DNA of 63,992 nucleotides, the filler included, from Basidiobolus ranarum (Eukaryota): the NCBI GenBank assembly GCA_040143965.1. It is 4 parts of 4 records of this genome, joined end to end, with 100 filler letters (N's around TTAATTAATTAA, not from the genome) between each part and the next. Parts side by side here need not be neighbours in the genome. Positions count along the whole stretch, not along the records: positions 50,788 to 63,992 come from JASJQH010007374.1; 3 more parts are not named here. The stretch is one strand, 5' to 3'. Numbering within the stretch: the first letter of the stretch is position 1; each line of letters begins with the position of its first letter. A program made the position numbers and the translations under genes. Positions 63,548 through 63,992 of this stretch are shown in pieces. The notes beneath the pieces were generated by a model. That model was not told the DNA's origin, did not search any database, and saw nothing but the letters and a program-made list of their open reading frames with translations.

Positions 63548-63992
63548 CTAATCTGAAGGACCAATCATGTTTTCAGGGCGAACCCATTGTTCAAATTGTT
63601 CCTCCGTCAAAAGTCCAAGGGAAATAGCTGCTTCTTTCAGGGTTGTTCCTTCTTTGTGAGCTTTCTTAGCACATTTGGCTGCATTATCATATCCGATGTA
63701 TGGATTCAACGCTGTAACCAGCATCAATGATTCATTCATGATACTGGTGATCTTCTTCTCATTCGCTTCAATACCGACAACACAGTTCTTGCGGAAGCTG
63801 TGGCATCCATCAGTCAAGAGGCGAATGGATTGCAGCAAGTTCTTGATCATCACTGGCTTGAATACGTTGAGCTCGAAGTGTCCATTCGATCCAGAGATAC
63901 TGATTGTTGTGTTGTTGCCCATCACTTGAGCACAGAGCATCGTCATCGCCTCACACTGAGTTGGGTTGACCTTTCCAGGCATGATCGACGAT
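63548..63992 (-). CDS. FUM1: Class II fumarate hydratase, C-terminal part (runs off the window)
   Basis: [14 protein letters not shown] signature; [32 protein letters not shown]. Confidence 0.97.
   Translation of the reverse strand, partial: SSIMPGKVNPTQCEAMTMLCAQVMGNNTTISISGSNGHFELNVFKPVMIKNLLQSIRLLTDGCHSFRKNCVVGIEANEKKITSIMNESLMLVTALNPYIGYDNAAKCAKKAHKEGTTLKEAAISLGLLTEEQFEQWVRPENMIGPSD

Overview
This is AT-rich, intron-containing fungal DNA. The gene content points to an early-diverging (non-Dikarya) fungus, possibly Basidiobolus-like, but the taxon is inferred. The window is not one locus: three 100-nt N-TTAATTAATTAA-N spacers join four contigs whose lengths decrease (16843, 16828, 16816, >13205 nt), so adjacency across gaps means nothing. 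It holds about 25 mostly housekeeping genes: GUA1, eIF2-beta, a DEDDh exonuclease, NPT1, a peroxisomal APH-like kinase, TIM21, a TLC protein, an F-box/LRR protein, malic enzyme, a CNT, a SAM-HMG protein, an amino-acid permease, an arabinokinase-N-like GT-B protein, PEX11, a class IV chitin synthase, an MBIP-like protein, NF-YB/HAP3, PP2A-C and fumarase. There is also a decayed Ty1/copia element and a related solo LTR. Four features stand out: (1) a textbook AT-AC U12 minor-spliceosome intron in NF-YB; (2) a secreted 557-aa Lys/Tyr/Thr/Val/Pro protein built from a 34-aa tripartite repeat, a candidate adhesive or wall polymer; (3) an intronless permease very close to bacterial LysP, a horizontal-transfer candidate; (4) two more repeat-protein loci, one a decayed precursor with dibasic-site repeats.
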